From the NCBI GenBank assembly GCA_042570545.1, contig JBHPGJ010000003.1:8214-72213 (forward strand): a stretch of 64,000 nt of DNA, read 5' to 3'. The notes below the pieces were generated by a model, which was given only the letters and a program-made list of their open reading frames with translations, made no database searches and was not told where the DNA came from. Both the position numbers and the translations under genes were made by a program. The first letter of the stretch is position 1. Each line of letters begins with the position of its first letter. Positions 55,961 to 64,000 of the stretch are shown here, one piece after another. The DNA is from Patescibacteria group bacterium (lineage in GTDB: Bacteria > Patescibacteriota > Patescibacteriia > JBHPGJ01).

Positions 55961-55975
55961 CCTAATATTTACTTT

Positions 55976-56323
55976 TTACATTTTAATTTCTATGTCCACA
56001 CCGGCTGGTAAACTCAAGTTCATCAATGAATCAACTGTCTTGGCGGTGGGATTCAATATATCGATCAATCTTTTATGAATCCGCATCTCATACTGCTCAC
56101 GTGAGTCTTTATGAACGAAAGACGCGCGTTGAACGGTATATTTATTCTTTTCCGTTGGCAAAGGCACTGGACCACGGATAGTAGCACCGCTACTAACCGC
56201 TGTTTCCATAATAGTGCGAGTGGATTGATCTATTATTTTATGATCAAAGGCTCGAATTTTAATACGTATCCGTTGCTGTCCTTCCTCAAGCTCTGGAGTA
56301 GTTGATTTTTTTTTCTGTACCAT
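55976..56323 (-). CDS. rpsJ: 30S ribosomal protein S10
   Basis: [11 protein letters not shown]...GPVPLPT...[16 protein letters not shown]. Confidence 0.98.
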   Translation of the reverse strand: MVQKKKSTTPELEEGQQRIRIKIRAFDHKIIDQSTRTIMETAVSSGATIRGPVPLPTEKNKYTVQRASFVHKDSREQYEMRIHKRLIDILNPTAKTVDSLMNLSLPAGVDIEIKM

Positions 56324-56360
56324 GATGATTGAATGAACGAGCCTTAGTTATAATGATTAA

Positions 56361-57545
56361 TTACTTGCTTATTTTTGTTACTACGCCAGCACCAACAGTT
56401 TTACCACCCTCACGAAGAGCAAAGCGTTGCTTCTCTTCCAGAGCTACTGCTTTAGCTAGTTTAACTTTCACCGATAGAGTATCACCAGGCATAACCATTT
56501 CCGTACCTTCGGGCAATTCTACAGCACCGGTAACGTCAGTGGTACGAATATAAAACTGAGGTTTGTAACCTTTAAAGAATGGGGTGTGGCGTCCACCTTC
56601 TTCTTTGGTAAGCACATATACTTCGGCTTCAAATTCAGTGTGAGGCGTTACTGCCCCTGGTTTAGCAATTACTTGCCCACGCTCTACTTCTTCCTTCTTA
56701 GTGCCACGGAGTAACAAGCCAGCATTATCTCCGGCTCGACCTTCATCCAATTCTTTATTAAACATCTCGACTCCGGTAACAACAGTTTTTTGAGTATCGC
56801 GCAATCCGACTAATTCTACTTCTTCATTTACTTTAACAATTCCTCTTTCAATCCTACCGGTAACGACTGTTCCGCGACCCTCAATTGAGAATACGTCCTC
56901 TACCGGCATTAAGAAATCTTTATCAACTGGTCGTTTTGGTTCAGGAATGTATTCATCAATCTTATCCATCAATTCGGTGATTGCTTTCTTTGATTCCTCG
57001 TCTCCTTCAAGCGCCTTGAGCGCTGAGCCCTTGATGATGGGAACTTCGTCCCCTGGAAATTCATACTTTTTAAGTAAATCACGAATTTCTACCTCGACCA
57101 GATCAATCAGTTCTTTGTCGTCTACCTGATCAGTTTTGTTTAAAAATACTACGATAGCCGGGACACCTACCTGACGAGCAAGTAGAATATGCTCGCGGGT
57201 TTGAGGCATCGGACCATCAGCAGCGGACACGACAAGGATTGCGCCGTCCATTTGGGCCGCGCCGGTTATCATATTTTTTACATAGTCTGCGTGCCCGGGA
57301 CAATCAACGTGAGCATAGTGTCGCTTTGCCGTTTCGTACTCAACGTGGGCGGTAGCGATAGTAATACCTCGTTCTTTTTCTTCTGGGGCGCTATCAATCT
57401 CTTCAACGGTTTTGCTCTGAGCAGTATTGCCTGATTCAGCTAGAATTTTAAGTATAGCCGCTGTTAACGTGGTTTTGCCATGGTCTACGTGACCAATAGT
57501 ACCAATGTTAACGTGTGGTTTAGATCGATCAAATTTTTCTGCCAT
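56361..57545 (-). CDS. tuf: Elongation factor Tu
   Basis: [21 protein letters not shown] and NKTD motifs. Confidence 0.99.
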   Translation of the reverse strand: MAEKFDRSKPHVNIGTIGHVDHGKTTLTAAILKILAESGNTAQSKTVEEIDSAPEEKERGITIATAHVEYETAKRHYAHVDCPGHADYVKNMITGAAQMDGAILVVSAADGPMPQTREHILLARQVGVPAIVVFLNKTDQVDDKELIDLVEVEIRDLLKKYEFPGDEVPIIKGSALKALEGDEESKKAITELMDKIDEYIPEPKRPVDKDFLMPVEDVFSIEGRGTVVTGRIERGIVKVNEEVELVGLRDTQKTVVTGVEMFNKELDEGRAGDNAGLLLRGTKKEEVERGQVIAKPGAVTPHTEFEAEVYVLTKEEGGRHTPFFKGYKPQFYIRTTDVTGAVELPEGTEMVMPGDTLSVKVKLAKAVALEEKQRFALREGGKTVGAGVVTKISK

Positions 57546-57633
57546 TTTCTTATTAATATTTAATTATTATTAATCTAAATTTAAGTTTAGGTTCTGGTAA
57601 AAATATAAACTTTTTTCAATAAATGCAATCTGG

Positions 57634-57662
57634 AGTATAGCAGGAGACCTCAATATTTGCAA
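57634..57662 (-). promoter_or_regulatory. Internal promoter upstream of tuf
   Basis: Minus strand TTGCAA, 17 bp spacer, TATACT with an extended -10 TG. Confidence 0.65.
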
Positions 57663-57739
57663 GATTTTGCTAAAGTTGGTAAATATCTTATGGCGAGGTA
57701 ATAATTCATTCTCATATATTTGCTAACCCTAGCCAATTA

Positions 57740-59842
57740 CTAGCTTTTTACCTTTTCTTTGCCGCTTTCGCCAATAATTTCTTCAAGAATATTTTTAGGA
57801 ACTATTGAAAAATGAGAAAATTCCATAGAATAAGATCCTCGACCCTGAGTTAAAGAGCGTATGGTTGTAGAATAACCAAACATACTGGCCAAAGGCACTT
57901 CAGCATCAATTACTTTTATCTGGCCACGATCTTTCATTTCGTTAATAATTGATCGCTTGGAATTAAGATCACCCATGACATCACCCATAAATTGTTCCGT
58001 AGTTATTACTTCCACTTTCATTATTGGTTCTAATAATACTGGTGTACCCTTCTTAACCGCTGACTTGAAGGCCATAGAACCGGCAATTTTAAAAGCTTCT
58101 TCTGAAGAATCAACTTCGTGAAATGATCCGTCATATACCGTCACCTTCACATCAATAACCGGATAGCCGGCAATAACACCGTTGTCCATGGCAGCTTGTA
58201 TGCCCTTATTGATAGCGGGAATGTATTCCTTGGGAATAGCTCCACCCTTAATCTTATCTTCAAACTCATAACCACTGCCTCTTTCTTTGGGCTCAACTCG
58301 AAGCCAACAATGTCCGTATTGTCCACGGCCACCGCTTTGTCGAATATATTTGCCTTCTGCTTCGGCCACTTTACGAATCGTTTCTTTGTAGGCCACTTGT
58401 GGTTTACCAACATTAGCTTCGACTTTGAATTCTCTTTTTAATCGATCAACAATTATTTCTAAATGCAGCTCGCCCATACCAGAAATCAAAGTCTGGCCAG
58501 TTTCTTCATCGGTATTAACCTTAAAGGTCGGATCCTCTTCGGTAAGGTTACCAAGAGCCAGGCCGAGCTTTTCTTGATCAGCCTTGGTCTTTGGTTCAAT
58601 AGCCACCGAGATTACCGGATCTGGAAATTCGATCGATTCAAGAAGTATAAGATTATCTTCATCACAAAGAGTATTACCGGTAGAAGTCTTCTTTAATCCC
58701 ACGGCGGCAGCAATGTCACCAGCCGAAACAGATTTTACTTCTTCACGGTGATTTGCATGTAGTTTTACTATTCGGCCAATCCGCTCTTTGGTCTCGGTAC
58801 TACTATTATAAACGTATGAACCGGCCTCTACTGTACCGGAATACACTCTAAAGAAGGCCAACTTACCAACATATGGATCAGCAGCAATTTTAAATGCTAG
58901 AGCAGCAAAGGATGCTTGGGGATCCGTTGGCCGTTCTAGCTCTTTATCAGTCTTAGGATCAATGCCTTTTACCGGCGGTACATCAAGCGGTGATGGTAAA
59001 TAATCATTTACGGCATCCATTAAAAATTGAATGCCCTTATTCTTTAAGGCTGAACCGGTAAGTACTGGTACGAACTCGTTAGCTATACAGGCTTTACGCA
59101 TTGTCTTTTTTAATTCCTCTATAGTTAGTTCTTGGCCGTCAATATATTTGTTTAATAACTCTTCGTCATTTTCAGCAACGGCCTCCATCAGCTTATGGCG
59201 ATATTCTTTTACTTTTTCTTTCATATCGTCAGGGATCGGTTTTTCCACCCACTCTTTACCCATTTCATCAGTAAATTCATAAGCTTTTTGTTCAACTAAA
59301 TCAATCACTCCGGTAAATGTTTCGGCGGCACCGATGGGTAATTGCACAGGATGAGCTTTTTTGGTTAACCGATCATGAATGCTATCTAAATCAAAATAAA
59401 AATCGGCACCAGTTCGGTCCATCTTATTGATAAAGCAAATTCGTGGAACATCGAACTTATCAGCTTGGTGCCAGACTGTTTCCGACTGTGGTTCTACTCC
59501 AGCTACACCGTCAAATATGACCACACCACCATCAAGGACACGCAAACTGCGTTGAACTTCGACCGTAAAGTCAATATGACCCGGAGTATCAATAATATTT
59601 ATTCGATGATCTTTCCAAAAACAAGTAGTAGCGGCAGCCGTAATGGTGATTCCCCGCTCCTGCTCTTGCTCCATCCAATCCATTTCTGCTTCACCCTCAT
59701 GAACCTCACCAATTTTATGTTTTTTACCAGTATAATAAAGTACCCGCTCGGTCACGGTGGTTTTACCGGCGTCAATATGCGCAATGATACCAATATTTCT
59801 GGTCTTTTCTAAATTGAAATCTAGTGTATTTTCTTCGCTCAT
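57740..59842 (-). CDS. fusA: Elongation factor G
   Basis: [20 protein letters not shown] and NKMD motifs. Confidence 0.99.
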   Translation of the reverse strand: MSEENTLDFNLEKTRNIGIIAHIDAGKTTVTERVLYYTGKKHKIGEVHEGEAEMDWMEQEQERGITITAAATTCFWKDHRINIIDTPGHIDFTVEVQRSLRVLDGGVVIFDGVAGVEPQSETVWHQADKFDVPRICFINKMDRTGADFYFDLDSIHDRLTKKAHPVQLPIGAAETFTGVIDLVEQKAYEFTDEMGKEWVEKPIPDDMKEKVKEYRHKLMEAVAENDEELLNKYIDGQELTIEELKKTMRKACIANEFVPVLTGSALKNKGIQFLMDAVNDYLPSPLDVPPVKGIDPKTDKELERPTDPQASFAALAFKIAADPYVGKLAFFRVYSGTVEAGSYVYNSSTETKERIGRIVKLHANHREEVKSVSAGDIAAAVGLKKTSTGNTLCDEDNLILLESIEFPDPVISVAIEPKTKADQEKLGLALGNLTEEDPTFKVNTDEETGQTLISGMGELHLEIIVDRLKREFKVEANVGKPQVAYKETIRKVAEAEGKYIRQSGGRGQYGHCWLRVEPKERGSGYEFEDKIKGGAIPKEYIPAINKGIQAAMDNGVIAGYPVIDVKVTVYDGSFHEVDSSEEAFKIAGSMAFKSAVKKGTPVLLEPIMKVEVITTEQFMGDVMGDLNSKRSIINEMKDRGQIKVIDAEVPLASMFGYSTTIRSLTQGRGSYSMEFSHFSIVPKNILEEIIGESGKEKVKS

Positions 59843-59888
59843 ATATAAAGTATAAAAAAGTTCCCGGGGACCGGGAGACGATTAGTCA

Positions 59889-60353
59889 TTAGGCAAAGTG
59901 GGCAAAGGCCCTATTTGATTCAGCCATTCGGTGCACGTCTTCTCGTTTTTTCATTGCTTCGCCTTCTTTTTTCTTGGCAGCCATAATTTCATTAGCTAGT
60001 TTTTGCGACATTGATCCGCCTTTCTTATTTCTGGCAGCACCAATCAACCAGCGCAAGGCTAGTGTAGTTTTTCGTTCACCACGTACTTCTACCGGTACTT
60101 GATAATTTGCACCACCGATACGGCGAGATTTAACTTCCAGGATTGGAGTAACGTTTTTGATAGCCTCTTCAAATATCTCAACTGGATTATTCTTATTATT
60201 GGCAGCCGCTTTATCTAAGGCATCATACACTATTCTTTGAGCCAGGCTTTTTTTGCCCCGGCGCATAACCTGATTGATAAACTTTTGTATCAACAAGGAA
60301 TTATATTTTGGGTCGGCAACTGGAATTCTTTTTTGAGCTGATTTACCGCGCAT
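59889..60353 (-). CDS. rpsG: 30S ribosomal protein S7
   Basis: EVKSRRIGGANYQVP...HRMAESNRAFAHF. Confidence 0.98.
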   Translation of the reverse strand: MRGKSAQKRIPVADPKYNSLLIQKFINQVMRRGKKSLAQRIVYDALDKAAANNKNNPVEIFEEAIKNVTPILEVKSRRIGGANYQVPVEVRGERKTTLALRWLIGAARNKKGGSMSQKLANEIMAAKKKEGEAMKKREDVHRMAESNRAFAHFA

Positions 60354-60775
60354 TATTTACTCTTCTCCTTTTTAGTACCATAATGCGACCGCCGCTGTTT
60401 CCGCTCGGTCACACCTTGAGTATCGTATACTCCTCGGACAACATGATACCTTACTCCTGGTAGATCTTTTACTCGGCCGCCACGAATCATTACGATTGAG
60501 TGTTCCTGCAAATTATGACCAATGCCGGGAATATAAGCAGTAACTTCCATTCCGTTTGAAAGCCTAACTCTGGCAATTTTTCTTAGTGCTGAGTTTGGTT
60601 TTTTGGGAGTGGTAGTGGTTACTTTGACACACACTCCGCGCTTAAATGGACTGCCCTTAGGCAGCTTAGAACGTTTTCGCTTAACGGCGTTTAGTACTGT
60701 CTCCAAGGCTGGAGTTTTTGACTTACGCTTCTGTGTTCTGCGCCCATTTCTTACTAACTGATTAACTGTTGGCAT
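60353..60775 (-). CDS. rpsL: 30S ribosomal protein S12
   Basis: [10 protein letters not shown] and [11 protein letters not shown] motifs. Confidence 0.99.
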   Translation of the reverse strand: MPTVNQLVRNGRRTQKRKSKTPALETVLNAVKRKRSKLPKGSPFKRGVCVKVTTTTPKKPNSALRKIARVRLSNGMEVTAYIPGIGHNLQEHSIVMIRGGRVKDLPGVRYHVVRGVYDTQGVTERKQRRSHYGTKKEKSK

Positions 60776-60844
60776 TAAATTGTATCGTTGAGATATTCTT
60801 AAAGTTAATTAAATCGAGATGATTTACACCATCGCAACAGAGCA

Positions 60845-60873
60845 AAATTACCACAAGGCTAGTCTAGTGTCAA
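60845..60873 (-). promoter_or_regulatory. Putative promoter of the str operon
   Basis: Minus strand TTGACA, 17 bp spacer, TGG-TAATTT. Confidence 0.6.
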
Positions 60874-60890
60874 CCCCGTTACTCGAGGTT

Positions 60891-61526
60891 TTATATCCAA
60901 CCAAAAATTCTAAATACTAAATTAAACACCCATTGGAACATGCCTGACAGTATTCCGATATTTCCTATGTAATCAATAATAATTATAAATAATAGCAGTT
61001 GTGGCCCCAGACGTTCTAAGGTCATACGGAAATTATTAGCCGGACCCAGGAAAGTAAATAATACTTTAGAACCATCAAGAGGATAAATTGGAATCAAATT
61101 AAAGACCATCAACACAATATTGATCAGCACCAGAGTAAATAAAAACTGAATCAATAAATTATCAAATGGCAGCCGCCCGCTAAAAAATGATAAGGCCAGG
61201 CCGAATATAATAATCGATATTAAATTCATAGCTGGTCCAGCCAGGCCAACAAGCATTGATCCGTATTTCTTATTTTTAAGGTTATAGGGATTGTAAGGAG
61301 TTGGTTTGCCCCAACCAAAAAAACCAGTAAGTAGTATCACTATGGTCCCCATAAAGTCCAAATGAGATAAGGGATTTAATGTCAATCGTCCCATACTTTT
61401 AGCCGTATTATCTCCTTGAAGATAGCCAGCCAGGGCATGGCCAAACTCATGAATAGTTATTCCATAGACTAGCGCCAGAAATCTTATGAGAAATAAGGCG
61501 GGATCAGAAAATAAAAGGTTAAACAT
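60891..61526 (-). CDS. Site-2 protease family (M50) protein
   Basis: HEFGH, GRLTLNPLSH and FNLIPIYPLDGS motifs. Confidence 0.95.
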   Translation of the reverse strand: MFNLLFSDPALFLIRFLALVYGITIHEFGHALAGYLQGDNTAKSMGRLTLNPLSHLDFMGTIVILLTGFFGWGKPTPYNPYNLKNKKYGSMLVGLAGPAMNLISIIIFGLALSFFSGRLPFDNLLIQFLFTLVLINIVLMVFNLIPIYPLDGSKVLFTFLGPANNFRMTLERLGPQLLLFIIIIDYIGNIGILSGMFQWVFNLVFRIFGWI

Positions 61527-61595
61527 AATTGCTTGTCAAAATTGATTTTTATGATATACTGCTTGATAAGTCTTATATATAAGCTTTGATTTTTA

Positions 61596-61799
61596 ATGGC
61601 TCAAGTTTGCGAAGTATGTGGCCGACGGAAGCAGAAAGCTATATCCCGCAGCCACTCTAATATCGCCACAAAAAGGTATCAGCATTTAAATTTACAAACT
61701 ATCAATATTGATGGGCGAACTGTACGTGGCTGCACTCAGTGTATAAAGAATCATACCAAGAGTCTTAGCCAAAGCGGCAAACAAAATAAAAAGAATTAA
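61596..61799 (+). CDS. rpmB: 50S ribosomal protein L28 (Zn-ribbon type)
   Basis: CEVCG...SRSHSNIATKR...NLQ...CTQC; TTGTCA-16-TATACT promoter at 61533-61560. Confidence 0.93.
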   Translation: MAQVCEVCGRRKQKAISRSHSNIATKRYQHLNLQTINIDGRTVRGCTQCIKNHTKSLSQSGKQNKKN

Positions 61800-61822
61800 T
61801 AACATTGTAACTAATTATTAAT

Positions 61823-61850
61823 AAAAAGACTAGCCGAGCTAGCCTTTTTT
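61823..61850. terminator. Bidirectional intrinsic terminator
   Basis: AAAAAGACTAGC-CGA-GCTAGCCTTTTTT. Confidence 0.75.
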
Positions 61851-62046
61851 GTTTGCCCGCCAAAACAAAGAACTGATAGTCAATTATATGACAGCGGGCA
61901 TGAGCTAGTTCTGGATCATTGGATTTCACCATTTTTCCACTCCTAGCTACAACCTTGCTTTTGAGGACACCGAAAATTTAAAAACATAACCGTTATCTGT
62001 CAACCACGGGCACAGCCAAGTTGAACTTGGGTAGTAAATATTATAA

Positions 62047-62406
62047 TTACTTTTTCTTTTCTTCTGATTTGCTTTTCTGTACTAAGCTGTCTTCATATTT
62101 TGGCGGAGCATATACAACTAAAAATTTTAGCGGTTCACTGCCCTCGGCCTTGAAGCGGTACCGAGAACCAGTTGTTATAACTGCGTCATCGCCGGCAGCC
62201 ACTTCAAAGGTATCATTATCTATATGACCGTTACCTTCGCCAGCGACAAAAAAGAAGGCCACGCCGCCATCATGAGTTTGCTCACCAGTGTCTTCTCCTG
62301 GTTTTAAGCTCATAGCCACTAGCTGTATATATTTGCCAGTAGTTATTACCTGACGATAGTTTTCGTTCACCATCGCTGTTTCTAGCATTGATCCGTGGTA
62401 GGCCAT
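62047..62406 (-). CDS. Cupin domain protein (paralog of 12884-13270)
   Basis: Start MAYHG after GAGG; NENYRQVITTG..QLVAMSLKPGEDTGEQTH...YAPP. Confidence 0.85.
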   Translation of the reverse strand: MAYHGSMLETAMVNENYRQVITTGKYIQLVAMSLKPGEDTGEQTHDGGVAFFFVAGEGNGHIDNDTFEVAAGDDAVITTGSRYRFKAEGSEPLKFLVVYAPPKYEDSLVQKSKSEEKKK

Positions 62407-62519
62407 AGTTATCCTCAACCTTATTTCTTACATAATTATTATAGCAAATTAAAAATACAAGACAATAATGATTGCGAATAAACAGAAAACTTATTATACT
62501 ACACCGTGCATTATATATA

Positions 62520-62596
62520 CGGGGTGTAGCGCAGTTGGCTAGCGCGTACGCATGGGGTGCGTGAGGTCGCGGGTTCGAGTCCCGCCACCCCGACCA
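62520..62596 (+). tRNA. tRNA-Pro(GGG)
   Basis: CGGGGTGTAGCGCAG...TACGC-ATGGGGT-GCGTG...GGTTCGAGTCC...CCA; TTGCGA-17-TATACT promoter at 62472-62500. Confidence 0.96.
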
Positions 62597-62601
62597 AACA
62601 A

Positions 62602-63066
62602 ATGTCACGAATAACAACATTATTAATAATACACAGGGGCGATTACATTCTTTTAGGTTATAAAAAAATCGGTTTTGGTGAAGGCCGATGGAACGGTTTT
62701 GGTGGCAAAGTAGAAGACGGTGAGGATATACAATCAGCGGCCGTCCGAGAAGTTGAGGAAGAGGCGGGCATCACTCCGGTAGGTATTAAGAAAAGGGGTT
62801 TTATCCGATTTTCGTTTGCTGACGATCCGTTGGTGCTTGATATGCATATTTTTAGTGCCAATGACCTTCGGGGCACGATCAAAGAATCAAACGAAATGAT
62901 ACCACGTTGGTTTCACATGAAAAAGGTCCCTTATGAAACAATGTGGCCAGACGATCAACATTGGCTGCCAATTTTTTTACAAGGTAAAAACCTTAAGGGT
63001 CGTTTCCATTTTAAAGACAAGAACCAGATATTACATCACAAACTAGACATTGTTGATATTGTTTAA
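62602..63066 (+). CDS. NUDIX hydrolase, MTH1-like 8-oxo-dGTP diphosphatase
   Basis: LLGYKKIGFGEGRWNGFGGKVE..E....AAVREVEEEAG and MWPDDQHWLP motifs; start at 62602, after the tRNA. Confidence 0.92.
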   Translation: MSRITTLLIIHRGDYILLGYKKIGFGEGRWNGFGGKVEDGEDIQSAAVREVEEEAGITPVGIKKRGFIRFSFADDPLVLDMHIFSANDLRGTIKESNEMIPRWFHMKKVPYETMWPDDQHWLPIFLQGKNLKGRFHFKDKNQILHHKLDIVDIV

Positions 63067-63072
63067 ATAATT

Positions 63073-64000
63073 ATGAAAAAAATATTACTAATTTTAATAA
63101 TCGCGATTATCATCAGTATTTTGGTATGGTGGGATATTAAAAGCGACAATCCAACTAAAGACAATAATAATAATTTAACCATAGCGGCTAGCATTTATCC
63201 TCTAGCTTATTTTGCTAATGAAGTAGCCGGCAATTTGCCTACCATACATGGAGGTCTAGCCACTGTCCAGGTAGTAACTCCAAATGGCGTTGATCCACAC
63301 GGCTATGAACCGTCGCCAAAGGATATTAGTAGTATATATGAAGCTGACTTATTCATTCTTAATGGCGCTGGCCAAACCCCCTGGGCAGAAGAAATGATAG
63401 ATGAACTGCGAGATAGGAGCGTTGTAGTCTTAAATATGGCAACATATGCCGAGAATATTTGGTTTGAAGATAGAGATATAAGCGCCACTGGAAATGAAGA
63501 AGATGAGCACACAGAGGCGAACGGTAATTTAAACCCTCATTTTTGGCTAGATTTAGAACTGGCACAACTGCAGGTGGAATTAATCAAAGACAGGTTGAGC
63601 GAATTAGATCCTGAAAATAGTGACCAGTACAATAATAATGCCAATAGATTTATTACCGTATTACAGGCTCTTGATGAAAGATACAAAGTTAAGTTATCTA
63701 CTTGTGCCAACCGTAATATCATAGTTTCACATAAAGCCTTTGCCTATCCAGCAGAACGGTATGGCATTAATGTAATTTCTATCGCTGGTATTTCACCAGT
63801 TCAGGAGCCTACCCCGCAGCGTATGGCCGAGTTAATTAATATCACTAAGGAAAAGAATATTAATTACATCTTTTTTGAGACCTTATCCAGTCCGGCTCTA
63901 TCGGAGACCATCGCCAATGAAACGGGAGCCCAGACACTCGTGCTCAATACAATTGGTGGGCTCACTCAAGATGACTGGGTCCGAGGAGTGGATTATATTT
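63073..64000 (+). CDS. Zn/Mn ABC transporter substrate-binding protein (ZnuA/AdcA-like); 3' end runs off the window
   Basis: Translated by hand: ASIYPLAYF, GVDPHGYEPSP, NPHFWLD, VSHKAFAY, YIFFE. Missing from the ORF track because it is truncated. Confidence 0.92.
   Translation, partial: MKKILLILIIAIIISILVWWDIKSDNPTKDNNNNLTIAASIYPLAYFANEVAGNLPTIHGGLATVQVVTPNGVDPHGYEPSPKDISSIYEADLFILNGAGQTPWAEEMIDELRDRSVVVLNMATYAENIWFEDRDISATGNEEDEHTEANGNLNPHFWLDLELAQLQVELIKDRLSELDPENSDQYNNNANRFITVLQALDERYKVKLSTCANRNIIVSHKAFAYPAERYGINVISIAGISPVQEPTPQRMAELINITKEKNINYIFFETLSSPALSETIANETGAQTLVLNTIGGLTQDDWVRGVDYI

Noticed and set aside
62557-62601. ORF-track start of the NUDIX gene at 62557
   Set aside because: It lies inside tRNA-Pro; the start was moved to ATG 62602.
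1-64000. Alternative genetic code (UGA=Gly, code 25)
   Set aside because: Conserved genes are uninterrupted under code 11, and gap ends at TGA at its expected length.

Overview
Core-genome window of a small-genome bacterium, most likely Patescibacteria/CPR (inferred from no rpmD/L30 between rpsE and rplO, a CPR-type pilin, short HrcA, AspRS lacking the GAD insert, Lys-rich r-protein extensions and SD-less housekeeping genes). TGA is used as a stop, so this is standard code 11. It contains a CIRCE-controlled hrcA-grpE-hsp20...dnaK region, tpiA-gap, scpAB, aspS/asnS, a P-type ATPase, dnaB-ybaB-recR, the str-S10-spc r-protein superoperon and three tRNAs. Large surface proteins include a C25 gingipain-like protease, an FN3 repeat protein and a dockerin/DUF11 sortase-type protein. 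I found no integrase, transposase, reverse transcriptase or CRISPR array. The most interesting observations are: (1) a promoter- and terminator-bounded, highly structured ~245-nt non-coding RNA candidate at 8.56-8.87 kb; (2) a kissing-loop/attenuator-like RNA element between rpsJ and rplC; (3) a dispersed class of GC-rich genes with strong Shine-Dalgarno sites, several with their own promoter and terminator, among AT-rich SD-less genes; (4) a pilin fused to a putative M15/LAS-type Zn-peptidase domain. All calls were made by eye; no database searches or folding programs were run.
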